DNA of 56,259 bases from Candidatus Omnitrophota bacterium (GCA_041650295.1 JBAZLM010000007.1:1-56259); one strand, 5' to 3'; positions 36,528 to 45,598 are shown, counted from the stretch's first letter. The notes: generated by a model from the sequence alone, not told the origin. Numbers and translations: made by a program.

Positions 36528-39500
36528 TTATCTTTCTTCCAAACCGACTTTTTCTTCAACCTCTTTTAACCGCTTTCTTAGTTCTCCGCTTTTAATCCTC
36601 TCTCTTGCGGCGCCAGATTCAAAGATTACCGGATGATCAGTCTCAGAGTTGCGCGCAGCTGTAACCTGCACCATCTGAGATTGAGTATTATTACGCGGGT
36701 TTTGATCCTCTTGATGATCTAAAGAGGCATTTATCCTCTGCCGTTTATCTTTACGCGGCGTCCAGGAAAATTTTATCCTTTCCTGCCCCTGTGCCCGTAA
36801 ATTAAATGGCTTACGGTCTTTAAAACCATCCTCAGTTTCAAAATTTAAAACAACCTCTTTGGCCTCACGATCGGAATTATTTTTCACAATGATCTCAAGA
36901 TCGCATTTTTTTTCTACGATTATCTCCCGCGGCAAGCGGATATCTACAATTTCTAGATCGATTGGTTTGGGCTCAACCGCAGTAGTTATAGATGCAACTG
37001 TATTTCTACGCGCCGCTGATCTGTTCTCCCGTTCCCGAGCAATTTCTTTATCCAGATTAGCCCGAATAGCAGATCCGGTGCCTTGACCGCCGCCGGCAGG
37101 CTGAGATCCTCCCCCGGTTGTCGAGGGAGTTGTCGTTGCCGCCGAAGTCGGCGTTGCAGCTGTTGTTTGCGCTACAGCTACAGCCGCCGGAATATTTGCC
37201 GAATAAACCGGGCTCTGTCCGCCTGCCCGGTCGCCATAAGTGACATAAAGTTTAGTCGCCGCTAAATTCCCTTCCAAACTTATTTGTTTATTGCTTTCCA
37301 TCTGCATCCAGGATGTCCAATTTACGCCATCAAAAGAAAGCGCCATCTGATTAACCGCGATCGCCCAAGGAGAAAATGCCGAAAAATTAACCGATAAATT
37401 ATTCCCGGTGCGCCCGGCAATGGTAATGCTCCCGGAAGGCGCGGGCGGATTAGTATAATTGGTATCTATAACCGCCGGGGCAGGTAAATTACCGGAAGTT
37501 GTCCCGATACCTGCCGCCTGCAATTGGATCGTCGCGGTAATATTTGCCGATAAATTATCCGCGGCATCTTTTAATTGCAGATAAACGGTTTTGGCTCCGG
37601 CGCCGTCACTTAACTGCCAGGCAAAATCCCTAGAGACCGATGGATGCGGTTGATCATCACCAAACGCCGCGCTATACCAGATACTCCAGGTTGACCCATC
37701 ATTAGAAACTCTCATCCGGTAGACTCCGCTGCCACCGGAATTGTCATTTCCATTAATATGTAATGATACGCCTTTATCTACGGTTGATTGCGCGCCATCA
37801 TTTATGGTTAAACTTCCGGTAGGAGCGATATGATCATTTAAGCTAGCAATCGAACCGATGGTAATGGTTTTAGTCGTTTCCGCAACGCGATCATTTTGAT
37901 CAACCGCACGTAAAGTTAAAGTGTAAGTTCCTTGCACATTGTAAATATGATAGTGGCTACCCGTCCAAGTTAATTTTCCGGCGAGTAATCCCGCATCAAG
38001 ATCCAGATCCATCCCCCGGTTATCGCCAAAAGTTAAAGTAATTCTTTTAAACGGTGCGCTAGTAGTGGCAGTAAAAGAAAAACTTGCCGGAATATTCACC
38101 GCTCCTTGATTACTACCTAAGGTTAAACTTACCTGCGGAGGAGTTAATTGCACCACTTCAAAAGGCTTCTCTGTACGCAGCGACCAAATATCTTTGTCCC
38201 CGGATTTTAAATGCACCTCGAAACCAATCTTATATGTTCCGGCTTCCTCAAAAGTTTTTCTAAAAGTTCCCGGAAAAGCAGTATCATAAGTCGTCGTCTG
38301 CCAGGCTCCGTTATTTTTAGAAAAACTTATTTTATATCCGATAAATTGAGAAATTGCTTTTAAAGGTGAGGCAATATTATTGTCCACCGCCGAAAGATGA
38401 AAAATAATCTCTCCGCCTTTTTCAACGGTAGGGATTAAGCGACCATCAACAGCTTTAGAATTGGTATAAACTGCTACCGCCGCCGTGGGTTTTTCCAACT
38501 GCACAACATTAGTGCTGGGTATCACCGTTATAGTCATTGTATTACTGAATAGCTGATCACTATTATTTCCAGTAATAATATAGCGATCGGTGGCCACCGC
38601 CTTAATTACCACAGTACCTAAGCCACAATATGCGCTGATATCAACTCTTGCCTTTCCGTTTGAATCGCTAGTTCCATACCCGCATCCAGAACGCAGCCCC
38701 GTTTGCGAAAATTTAAGCGCAGCTGTACCAGTTGAAGAAACCACTTCGAAACGAACCGGGATATTAGGCATAAATTCGCCGGTTGAATTTTTCACTGTGG
38801 CCACCAGCGTTGCTTTTTCATTAGGCCCAGGAGAACCGGAAGCCGAGCCACAACATTCAATTGACGTCTGCGGCTCAACCGCCAACGTAATACTCTGACT
38901 CCATAAAGGTATCGCCACTACTTCAAATTTATTTTCCTGATTATATTTATTCCAATCCATCTGCGGTTTAAAAACCGACGGCTTTAAAGTAAAACCATCG
39001 CAACTGACCGTTAATGTTTCATTGGCCTCGAATACCGGTATGCCTACACTATTATTTCGGTCTAGCCCGGTAAAAAATTGCGCTCCATTTTGACGTTTCA
39101 CGCTAATCCGCGCGGGTACCGGAATATTTCCGCTCTTTTTAAAATTTAAAGTTATCTTGCCATGCGACGCTTCAAACTGAGCTTTTATATCTACCGGAAA
39201 AACCGTCTCCTGCCCGACAATTTTAACTATTGGCAAAAAATTAAAACCAGTTTTGTTAGCAGAAACCGTTAACTCGTTACCCTTAAGCACTTTGGGCAAA
39301 CTATATTGCCCCTGACTATTAGTCGCTACCCAAGCATCTTGACTAGTGGTCGCATGTACCTCTGCTCCCTCGATGGGATTATTCTGCAGATCCAAAACGC
39401 GGCCAAAAACAGCAATATAATTTTCCGCTTTACCGATAAGTTTTATTTTATATCCAGTTTTATCATCTATAAACTTCACGTCCCAATTAGGATAATTTTG

Positions 39501-41093
39501 CTCCGCAGGCATAACCGTCATATTTTTAGGCTTAGCATTCGTTGCCTGACCCCTATAGAATGCATCATAAAAACTTCCATCCGGACCAGTAGTCGTGGAT
39601 TTTTGTTTTTTACCTTCATAATATAAATCAACTTGCGCTCCGGATACCCCTACCGCTGGATCACCGGTCACCACCATTCCTAAAAATGGGATAAAAACCA
39701 ACTGATCAGTAGTCTCCACAGTAAACCAGGGCTTATCTTCATCGCGCGCGGCGACCGCATGCTCTTTTTCAAAATATCTACCGATATCCTCCGTCAATAT
39801 CCCAGTTCTTAGCTCTACCGGAATATAATTAGCCGAAATTCCCAACTCAACATTACTTAATTCTTTATAATGATATTTGGCGCTGGTAACTTTTAAAGTC
39901 ACGCTTTTTAATGGCGGACAATCTTGTGGTAGACGAGCATTAATCACTCTCTCTAAACCGTCAGTAGAAAATGTTAGATTTGGTTCAATCACCTCTAAAT
40001 TTAACGTTTCCCCCGACATCGTCTTAGCGGTAGCGGCAAAAGAAATGTCCAGCGAGCGGTCATAAGTGGTCGAAGTGGCTAAAACTCCGATTTCCATTTC
40101 ATCAAAAATCTTTTCTACTAAACTATCCGAAGCCTCTTTGGCCGCCGCGCTCCCGGCTTCTTTGCCGATTTTTTCACTAATTTTCTCTACCAAGCCTATC
40201 ACCACGCCAGGAATATCGGAAACATTTACCGTATCAGAATAATCTATTTTTTCGCTACCCAACCCGTCTTTTTTTACCGCATCAATTTCAACCGCCACAT
40301 CCGTGACATTTATACCCACTACATTATTTTTCCATTTATTATTCCATTTTAAATCGACGCCCAAATCCATCCGTGCGCCAAACTGCCGGCAAAAACGCGA
40401 ACGATCAGTCTCAATTTTAATACTGCCCAAAGGAACCACTCCCCCTTGTAATTGCCCGGTAGAAGAAACAGATGCTCCTTTTAAATAACCCGATTGGATA
40501 TTAGCGTTATAATTATTTAAATCGTCCTTGGTAAAACTCCAGGTGAGTTTTATATCTGCTTCGAAGCGATTATTCTGACTGGGCACCCAAAAAGTATCGA
40601 TGCTAAAACCTGCGCCTACGGAGACATTTTGAAAAGGAATGGCAAATTGTTGCTTTTGCTTATCTTTTTCGGCTTGGATTACCTGTTGAGAAACGGAAGT
40701 TTGAGTCGCACCGGTTGAAACGCTTCCAGAGGGAACCTGGGTCGTAAAAACAACCACCCCGGTATTTTCTGCAGTTGGTGAATTCGCAGTAGTGATACTA
40801 ACGGTATTTGCGCCTTGCGGCGAAGTAGTATATCCGGAAACAGGAGCGTTACTAGCAACGTTAAAAAACGAATCCATAGTTTTTTTTAGCAAAGGCTCAG
40901 CGATACCGGCAAATACTCCGCTAATAAAATCCGTGGAAACGCGTTTGTGACTAGAAACATTTGAGATTTGAATCTCACCTTCTACAAATTTAAGCGTCTT
41001 AACCGTACCAGTCGACGGTGCAGGACCAGCAGAAACTAAAGTAGTAAACGCCATATATAAAACAACAAACCAAATTGTTTTAATATTACGCAT
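36528..41093 (-). CDS. Giant secreted multi-domain surface protein (CarboxypepD_reg-like, Big_1-like, PKD-like and other Ig-like domains, C-terminal CARDB)
   Basis: 1521 aa, GGAGG RBS, Sec signal (TLVSA-GP). Recognisable motifs: VTGDP..GVSGAQVDLY...TTTGPDGSF, ATLVATVKN...VRFEVV...SDSNGKARV, HIYNVQGTYTLTLRAVDQN. Thr/Ala/Pro/Gly linker, then the CARDB-like DLEIVDIRLP...LEIIVKNNSDREAKEV. Confidence 0.85.
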   Translation of the reverse strand: MRNIKTIWFVVLYMAFTTLVSAGPAPSTGTVKTLKFVEGEIQISNVSSHKRVSTDFISGVFAGIAEPLLKKTMDSFFNVASNAPVSGYTTSPQGANTVSITTANSPTAENTGVVVFTTQVPSGSVSTGATQTSVSQQVIQAEKDKQKQQFAIPFQNVSVGAGFSIDTFWVPSQNNRFEADIKLTWSFTKDDLNNYNANIQSGYLKGASVSSTGQLQGGVVPLGSIKIETDRSRFCRQFGARMDLGVDLKWNNKWKNNVVGINVTDVAVEIDAVKKDGLGSEKIDYSDTVNVSDIPGVVIGLVEKISEKIGKEAGSAAAKEASDSLVEKIFDEMEIGVLATSTTYDRSLDISFAATAKTMSGETLNLEVIEPNLTFSTDGLERVINARLPQDCPPLKSVTLKVTSAKYHYKELSNVELGISANYIPVELRTGILTEDIGRYFEKEHAVAARDEDKPWFTVETTDQLVFIPFLGMVVTGDPAVGVSGAQVDLYYEGKKQKSTTTGPDGSFYDAFYRGQATNAKPKNMTVMPAEQNYPNWDVKFIDDKTGYKIKLIGKAENYIAVFGRVLDLQNNPIEGAEVHATTSQDAWVATNSQGQYSLPKVLKGNELTVSANKTGFNFLPIVKIVGQETVFPVDIKAQFEASHGKITLNFKKSGNIPVPARISVKRQNGAQFFTGLDRNNSVGIPVFEANETLTVSCDGFTLKPSVFKPQMDWNKYNQENKFEVVAIPLWSQSITLAVEPQTSIECCGSASGSPGPNEKATLVATVKNSTGEFMPNIPVRFEVVSSTGTAALKFSQTGLRSGCGYGTSDSNGKARVDISAYCGLGTVVIKAVATDRYIITGNNSDQLFSNTMTITVIPSTNVVQLEKPTAAVAVYTNSKAVDGRLIPTVEKGGEIIFHLSAVDNNIASPLKAISQFIGYKISFSKNNGAWQTTTYDTAFPGTFRKTFEEAGTYKIGFEVHLKSGDKDIWSLRTEKPFEVVQLTPPQVSLTLGSNQGAVNIPASFSFTATTSAPFKRITLTFGDNRGMDLDLDAGLLAGKLTWTGSHYHIYNVQGTYTLTLRAVDQNDRVAETTKTITIGSIASLNDHIAPTGSLTINDGAQSTVDKGVSLHINGNDNSGGSGVYRMRVSNDGSTWSIWYSAAFGDDQPHPSVSRDFAWQLSDGAGAKTVYLQLKDAADNLSANITATIQLQAAGIGTTSGNLPAPAVIDTNYTNPPAPSGSITIAGRTGNNLSVNFSAFSPWAIAVNQMALSFDGVNWTSWMQMESNKQISLEGNLAATKLYVTYGDRAGGQSPVYSANIPAAVAVAQTTAATPTSAATTTPSTTGGGSQPAGGGQGTGSAIRANLDKEIARERENRSAARRNTVASITTAVEPKPIDLEIVDIRLPREIIVEKKCDLEIIVKNNSDREAKEVVLNFETEDGFKDRKPFNLRAQGQERIKFSWTPRKDKRQRINASLDHQEDQNPRNNTQSQMVQVTAARNSETDHPVIFESGAARERIKSGELRKRLKEVEEKVGLEER

Positions 41094-41117
41094 AATTAGC
41101 CTCCGGAATAGTAGCGT

Positions 41118-41597
41118 TTAAAAAAACGGGTTTTTGCCTCTAATGTAGAGCAGCTTAAGCTTTTGATTGCGATTTATAAAAACAAACTGGCAGGAACCTT
41201 CGGATTTAGCAAAACTTCCTAAATTATCTGACGATTTTTTAAACCAATGTAGGCGTACGCTAACCTGATCTTTATTCATTAAAACAGTATCAATAACCAT
41301 CATTAGTTCAAGATCTTTAAAAGAGTTAAAATAATTTTCTAAATTAGATTGAAAACTAAGTTTATTTTCGAAATCTTTATCTAATAAATCCGTAAAACCC
41401 GGTAAGTCTTTTAATTCATAAGCAGATTTAAGACTAGCGATCGATTGATCAACTTGGACCCTGGTTTGGCTATCTAAAGATGTCGTAGAAGCATTCTTAG
41501 GCGCCGAAGCCATGCCTAAAGAAAATAAAATTAAAAAAAGTACTGCTAATAATCTTAATCTTTCAACAAAATTACAGCAAAGTCGCACTATATTCAT
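41118..41597 (-). CDS. Secreted NTF2-like-fold protein (unknown function)
   Basis: Trimmed to ATG 41597, leaving about 159 aa with signal LLAVLFLILFSLGMASA. The mature part resembles the central domain of the upstream 344-aa protein. The start is uncertain. Confidence 0.55.
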   Translation of the reverse strand: MNIVRLCCNFVERLRLLAVLFLILFSLGMASAPKNASTTSLDSQTRVQVDQSIASLKSAYELKDLPGFTDLLDKDFENKLSFQSNLENYFNSFKDLELMMVIDTVLMNKDQVSVRLHWFKKSSDNLGSFAKSEGSCQFVFINRNQKLKLLYIRGKNPFF

Positions 41598-42606
41598 TAT
41601 TAGTCTGGACTCCATTAACCTGTTCAACAATAACTTTCCCTGTAGGAGACGAACCATAACCATTATAATATCCTTGTTTGCTAACTGTAGTTTGTTCTCC
41701 TGCAGCCAGGCTTGAAATATTATCTGTATGAAATAAAACACTGTTACTATATATCTTTACCTGAATATTGCTAGCACTCACAGTACCATTATTTTTTATA
41801 GTAGCAATTACGGTAGGAGGAAGTGCGCCAGCCCCGCCATTAACAAGGCTAATTGGTTGCACAACCGGCTGCGCTACAAGTAACGACGATCCGAATATCG
41901 TATTATTCCTTAATCCGGTAATTAACCAGCTTCCGCCCTCCTTATCAAAACGCATGGCGATATTAGCAGAAGTTTCGGTTAAATCATTACCATTGCGATC
42001 CTGATAATTTCTTTGCCAATAAACATTCCAGATTGCTCCTTCTAGATCATCATCAAATGCCCTAGTATCAATACGATAAAACAAACGAATATTTTTATAA
42101 TTATAAAAATCGTTTTGGATCGCCTGATCGAATTTTACTAAGTTTGGATATCGACTAGCAAATAGACTTAAAAAACGGTCACTATTTTCATTTTCATAAA
42201 AAGTTTTAAACTTTTCTAAAAGCTGAATAAGTTGGGCATCCGGTTTTTCTTTTTGATAGTTTATTCTTAAATTAGGCCTAAAGATCTGCACTCCTTTATC
42301 CTTATCCGTTAAAAGCATCTCTGGGAAAAAAACTTCATTGGATAAAGGATGATAACCATAAACAAAATAGCCTCGCTCTTCTTGCATCGGTAACCAAGTC
42401 CTACCTTTATCCAAAGTTATTTCGGCTTTTTTATAATCTTCAGATGCAATGGAGAACACAATTCTACCAGCATCCAAATCATCAAAAAATAAATTTAAAT
42501 TATCTCCCTCCTGTACTAGCTTATTATTTACTCTTAACTCCTGGGCAAAAGTTACCCCCATAAAAATAAAAAGCATAAATAAAGATAGCAATATTTTACG
42601 TAACAT
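41572..42606 (-). CDS. Secreted protein: N-terminal Ig-like domain, NTF2-like domain, C-terminal CARDB-like domain
   Basis: 344 aa, GGAGG RBS, signal MGVTFA-QE. C-terminus PPTVIATIKNNGTVSASNIQVKIY...LAAGEQTTV is CARDB-like. Confidence 0.6.
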   Translation of the reverse strand: MLRKILLSLFMLFIFMGVTFAQELRVNNKLVQEGDNLNLFFDDLDAGRIVFSIASEDYKKAEITLDKGRTWLPMQEERGYFVYGYHPLSNEVFFPEMLLTDKDKGVQIFRPNLRINYQKEKPDAQLIQLLEKFKTFYENENSDRFLSLFASRYPNLVKFDQAIQNDFYNYKNIRLFYRIDTRAFDDDLEGAIWNVYWQRNYQDRNGNDLTETSANIAMRFDKEGGSWLITGLRNNTIFGSSLLVAQPVVQPISLVNGGAGALPPTVIATIKNNGTVSASNIQVKIYSNSVLFHTDNISSLAAGEQTTVSKQGYYNGYGSSPTGKVIVEQVNGVQTNNEYSATLL

Positions 42607-42700
42607 AATTTAAGCCTCCTTAAAATTTATATGTAAGGTTGGTGCGAATAAAATTTTCCGCATAATTTGTATCCCCACCAGTATAGGTATAACCCTTATG

Positions 42701-44188
42701 TTAATAGCTAACAATAAACGCTAAATCTTTAATTAAGTCCCTAGATATCGCAAAATAGTAATCTGTAACATTGCCATCTGAAGCATTAATATAATAATCA
42801 TTGTCTCCAAAACTTACCTTACCTTCGAAAGTTAATGTGGAGGGGAAAACTAATTTTGCTCCTGCTACTGTATAGGTAAGAAAATCAGCTTTTTGCACCG
42901 ATTTATATTCATCATGCACAACATTTTCGCTGACATTCCAAGATAATCTAGCCTGCTTAATATTGAAACCTCCGTCTAAGGCAAAAGTATAAGTATCCGT
43001 ATTTCTCTCCTGATCCGCATTTACATGATCAATAATTATCCCTTTAGTGTACCCTAACGAAGCAAAGAGCATTCTAAAGTCTCTAGACAAATTAGTGCTA
43101 TAAGTGTAAGTATTTTGATTAACCGTACGATCTTCGCTAACACGTTTACGCATATCAAAACCAAGATCCCAGTTAAGCTCTAAAGGTAAAGTAAAGGCTA
43201 ATTTACCACCCGGATTAATCTGCTTAGTCGTCGTGGATTTACTTTTAGAGAGATTATCCCGGTTCATGTGCAAATAATGTGTGAACTTTGTTTTTAAAGG
43301 CAAAAACCACAAGCCATCAAAATTTAACTCTTCTAAATCTTGCGCAGCAAATCCTCCAGTAGTATTAAAGTTATTCCCCACCCAGCTGTAAAGTGAAGTT
43401 AAGCTATAATCTTTTAAATTTAAATCTAAACCTAGTTTGTAAGCATTATCCGCTTGGGTATGCTCAGCGCCATCGTTAATATTGGGATCAGTAAAACTTT
43501 GGGCAATTTCAGAATAAGCATCTAAATGTTGATTAATTTTATATCTACCGTCGACGCTAAAAACATTAACCATGATCGGATTAACCGAGGTGGTCATATA
43601 GGCAGGATCATCCCGTGCGCCACCGTAATTAAAATTAAGTGATAGCTTATCACTAAGTAAATCGTTTTCTAGGCGCGCACCCCAAACATATCTGCGCGAG
43701 GAAGAATCGTCTTGACGAGTCTCCCACAAATCTTCCCAACTAGAGATATCTAAACCGCCCACAACAATTAAGCGCGAACTTTTTTCATCACCTAAAGAAA
43801 ATCTTAGACCTTTTAAAGCATTACCTAATGTATATTCGGAAAAGTTCTGATAAAAATCACCCACCAAGATCTCTTTGCCTGGAGCTTTTAAACCCATATA
43901 CATGCGCTCAATACTAGCATTCTGACGGTCGATTAATCTATCATCCGTAAAACGATATTCGAAATTACCGAAAGCTTCCCATTCTTTTACAGGGATCTTG
44001 CTAAAATCAAATTTACCTTCATATAAGTAATCTGCTTGATTAGCCGGATAGAATGACCGCGAGGTGTCCCCACTGACATGATAATAAACTCCGGAAAGTG
44101 ATTGTGTAGAATGAACTTCAGCTAAAGCTATGGAAGGAAGAAAAATTAAAGCAAGAAACAAAAACAACATGAGGTTGTTATTTTTCAT
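42701..44188 (-). CDS. Outer-membrane beta-barrel protein, truncated by an in-frame TAA 27 codons before its beta-signal
   Basis: 495 aa. Signal SIALA-EV and alternating-hydrophobicity strands throughout. The frame continues after TAA 42701-42703 to encode HKGYTYTGGDTNYAENFIRTNLTYKF, then a stop at 42620. Confidence 0.75.
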   Translation of the reverse strand: MKNNNLMLFLFLALIFLPSIALAEVHSTQSLSGVYYHVSGDTSRSFYPANQADYLYEGKFDFSKIPVKEWEAFGNFEYRFTDDRLIDRQNASIERMYMGLKAPGKEILVGDFYQNFSEYTLGNALKGLRFSLGDEKSSRLIVVGGLDISSWEDLWETRQDDSSSRRYVWGARLENDLLSDKLSLNFNYGGARDDPAYMTTSVNPIMVNVFSVDGRYKINQHLDAYSEIAQSFTDPNINDGAEHTQADNAYKLGLDLNLKDYSLTSLYSWVGNNFNTTGGFAAQDLEELNFDGLWFLPLKTKFTHYLHMNRDNLSKSKSTTTKQINPGGKLAFTLPLELNWDLGFDMRKRVSEDRTVNQNTYTYSTNLSRDFRMLFASLGYTKGIIIDHVNADQERNTDTYTFALDGGFNIKQARLSWNVSENVVHDEYKSVQKADFLTYTVAGAKLVFPSTLTFEGKVSFGDNDYYINASDGNVTDYYFAISRDLIKDLAFIVSY

Positions 44189-44227
44189 TAACTCTCTTTG
44201 CTTAGAGATTAAAAGATTATTAATCCA

Positions 44228-44255
44228 ATAATAGCAATAAAACTAACAATGTCAA
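44228..44255 (-). promoter_or_regulatory. sigma70-type promoter of the OMP-to-patatin operon
   Basis: -35 TTGACA (44250-44255), 16-nt spacer, -10 TATTAT (44228-44233), about 40 nt upstream of ATG 44188. Confidence 0.45.
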
Positions 44256-44274
44256 TTACTTTAAGAGTTAAAAA

Positions 44275-44348
44275 TGCGCCTGGCAGGAGTTGAACCTGCA
44301 ACAAATAGCTCCGAAGGCTATTGCTCTATCCAGTTGAGCTACAGGCGC
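44275..44348 (-). tRNA. tRNA-Arg (anticodon UCG)
   Basis: Hand-folded 74-nt cloverleaf. Acceptor GCGCCTG/CAGGCGC, loop CTTCGGA. No encoded CCA. Confidence 0.9.
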
Positions 44349-44471
44349 GTTTAAAATTCTCAAACATTATCTACAGCTATCCAGTTGTCCCGTTTCTCTA
44401 TACTTATATTAGAAACGGGATCCCGCCTAATCTTAAAGCACTGGCGGGAAGCTACAGGCGCGTTTAAAATT
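44338..44471 (-). repeat. 21-bp perfect direct repeat (44338-44358 and 44451-44471) duplicating the tRNA-Arg 5' end and its upstream flank, bracketing two hairpins
   Basis: GCTACAGGCGCGTTTAAAATT occurs twice. A second 11-bp match, CTATCCAGTTG, occurs at 44326-44336 and 44378-44388. Hairpins: CCCGTTTCT/AGAAACGGG and TCCCGCC/GGCGGGA. Confidence 0.8.
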
Positions 44472-44477
44472 TTTGCA

Positions 44478-45203
44478 TTAAACTATTTCAGCTTTATCGC
44501 CAAAAATCTCTTTGATCTGTTTTAATTTAACTTTATCAACACAAAGTACATTTTTCTCGGCGGTATTACGCACCGGAGAGTTTAATTGAATTTTATCCGG
44601 ATTAATTTGCTCGATTACTTCTTTTAATCCTTCAATGTGTCTAAGATCATCATTAACACCGGCTACTAACATCACTTCAAGCCAAATTTTGCCTTTAAAT
44701 TCTTTTCTTAAAGCAATTAGCCCGGCAATAATTTCATTTAATTTTAAACTGGCATCGGGCCGATCAATTTTTTTAAAGATCTCTGGATCAACCGCATCTA
44801 AAGAAGGAACAATTAAATCCGCAGACAATACCTCTTTACGCACTAAAGGGTCACCTAATAAAGTAGCATTGGTAATTACCGCGATACTGGCACCAGTAAT
44901 TGTGCGCGCCTCTTCAATTAATTGACCCAGGGCTAAATTTAAAGTTGGCTCTCCAAATCCAGAAAAAGTGACAAATTTTAACTCTTTAAATTTCTTAGGA
45001 TTATTTTGGATCCAAGATTTTAACTCTGAAATTATTGCCTCAGGCTTAGCATATTCTTTTCTTTCTGAGAAAGTGTTACCTACACTACCCCACTGACAAT
45101 AAATGCAATCTAGGTTACAGACCTTCTCAGAGCTTAAGCTTAAACCTAAGGAGAGGCCTAGTCGGCGTGACTTTATTGGACCGTAAATGTATTTTAACAT
45201 CAC
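44478..45203 (-). CDS. Radical SAM protein (function unassigned)
   Basis: 241 aa. CNLDCIYCQ (CxxxCxxC) preceded by GPIKSRRLGLSLG. Confidence 0.85.
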   Translation of the reverse strand: MMLKYIYGPIKSRRLGLSLGLSLSSEKVCNLDCIYCQWGSVGNTFSERKEYAKPEAIISELKSWIQNNPKKFKELKFVTFSGFGEPTLNLALGQLIEEARTITGASIAVITNATLLGDPLVRKEVLSADLIVPSLDAVDPEIFKKIDRPDASLKLNEIIAGLIALRKEFKGKIWLEVMLVAGVNDDLRHIEGLKEVIEQINPDKIQLNSPVRNTAEKNVLCVDKVKLKQIKEIFGDKAEIV

Positions 45204-45214
45204 CTGTAATAATT

Positions 45215-45241
45215 AAGGCGCCACCTGAAAAGCGGCGCCTT
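45215..45241 (-). terminator. Stable hairpin between the CBM48 gene and the radical SAM gene
   Basis: 8-bp GC-rich stem AAGGCGCC/GGCGCCTT with an 11-nt loop. The U-tract on the minus strand is poor. Confidence 0.4.
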
Positions 45242-45264
45242 AAAATTTTATTTTCCTTTTATAA

Positions 45265-45540
45265 TTATTTAACGTCAATTACACAGTTATGCGTTCCTAA
45301 AGTATTGGCTACGCAGTTAGTGCAACGCGGATCATTAACCCAATTTCCATCGACGATAAACTTATACTCATATCTGCCCGGCTTTAAGGCGACCTTGACC
45401 TTCCAGCTACCCTTACTATCTTTTTTAGCCAACGCTTTTTTAGTGTTCCATTTGTTAAAACTTCCGGAAACCACTACCTCTTTGGCATGCGGAGCATAAT
45501 ACTCAAAAGCCGTTAATTTTGTTGCTGATTTTGCTGGCAT
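45265..45540 (-). CDS. Stand-alone CBM48 / AMPK-beta-like glycogen-binding (E-set) domain protein
   Basis: 91 aa. VVVSGSFNKWN...GSWKVKVALKPGRYEYKFIVDGNWVND. Confidence 0.75.
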   Translation of the reverse strand: MPAKSATKLTAFEYYAPHAKEVVVSGSFNKWNTKKALAKKDSKGSWKVKVALKPGRYEYKFIVDGNWVNDPRCTNCVANTLGTHNCVIDVK

Positions 45541-45598
45541 ATCTCCCCCTTTTTTAATAGCTTATTCTCACACTCCAAACAACTACTGTCAAGAAATT

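Noticed and set aside
16027-41741. N-terminal extensions of ORF-track entries (16027-17250, 22831-23388, 32597-33514, 41118-41741, 5205-5612, 4966-5190, 13926-14816, 49535-50050).
   Set aside because: Internal ATGs with strong GGAGG-type RBSs, and signal peptides or lipoboxes that begin right after them, indicate shorter true genes. The coordinates were trimmed accordingly.
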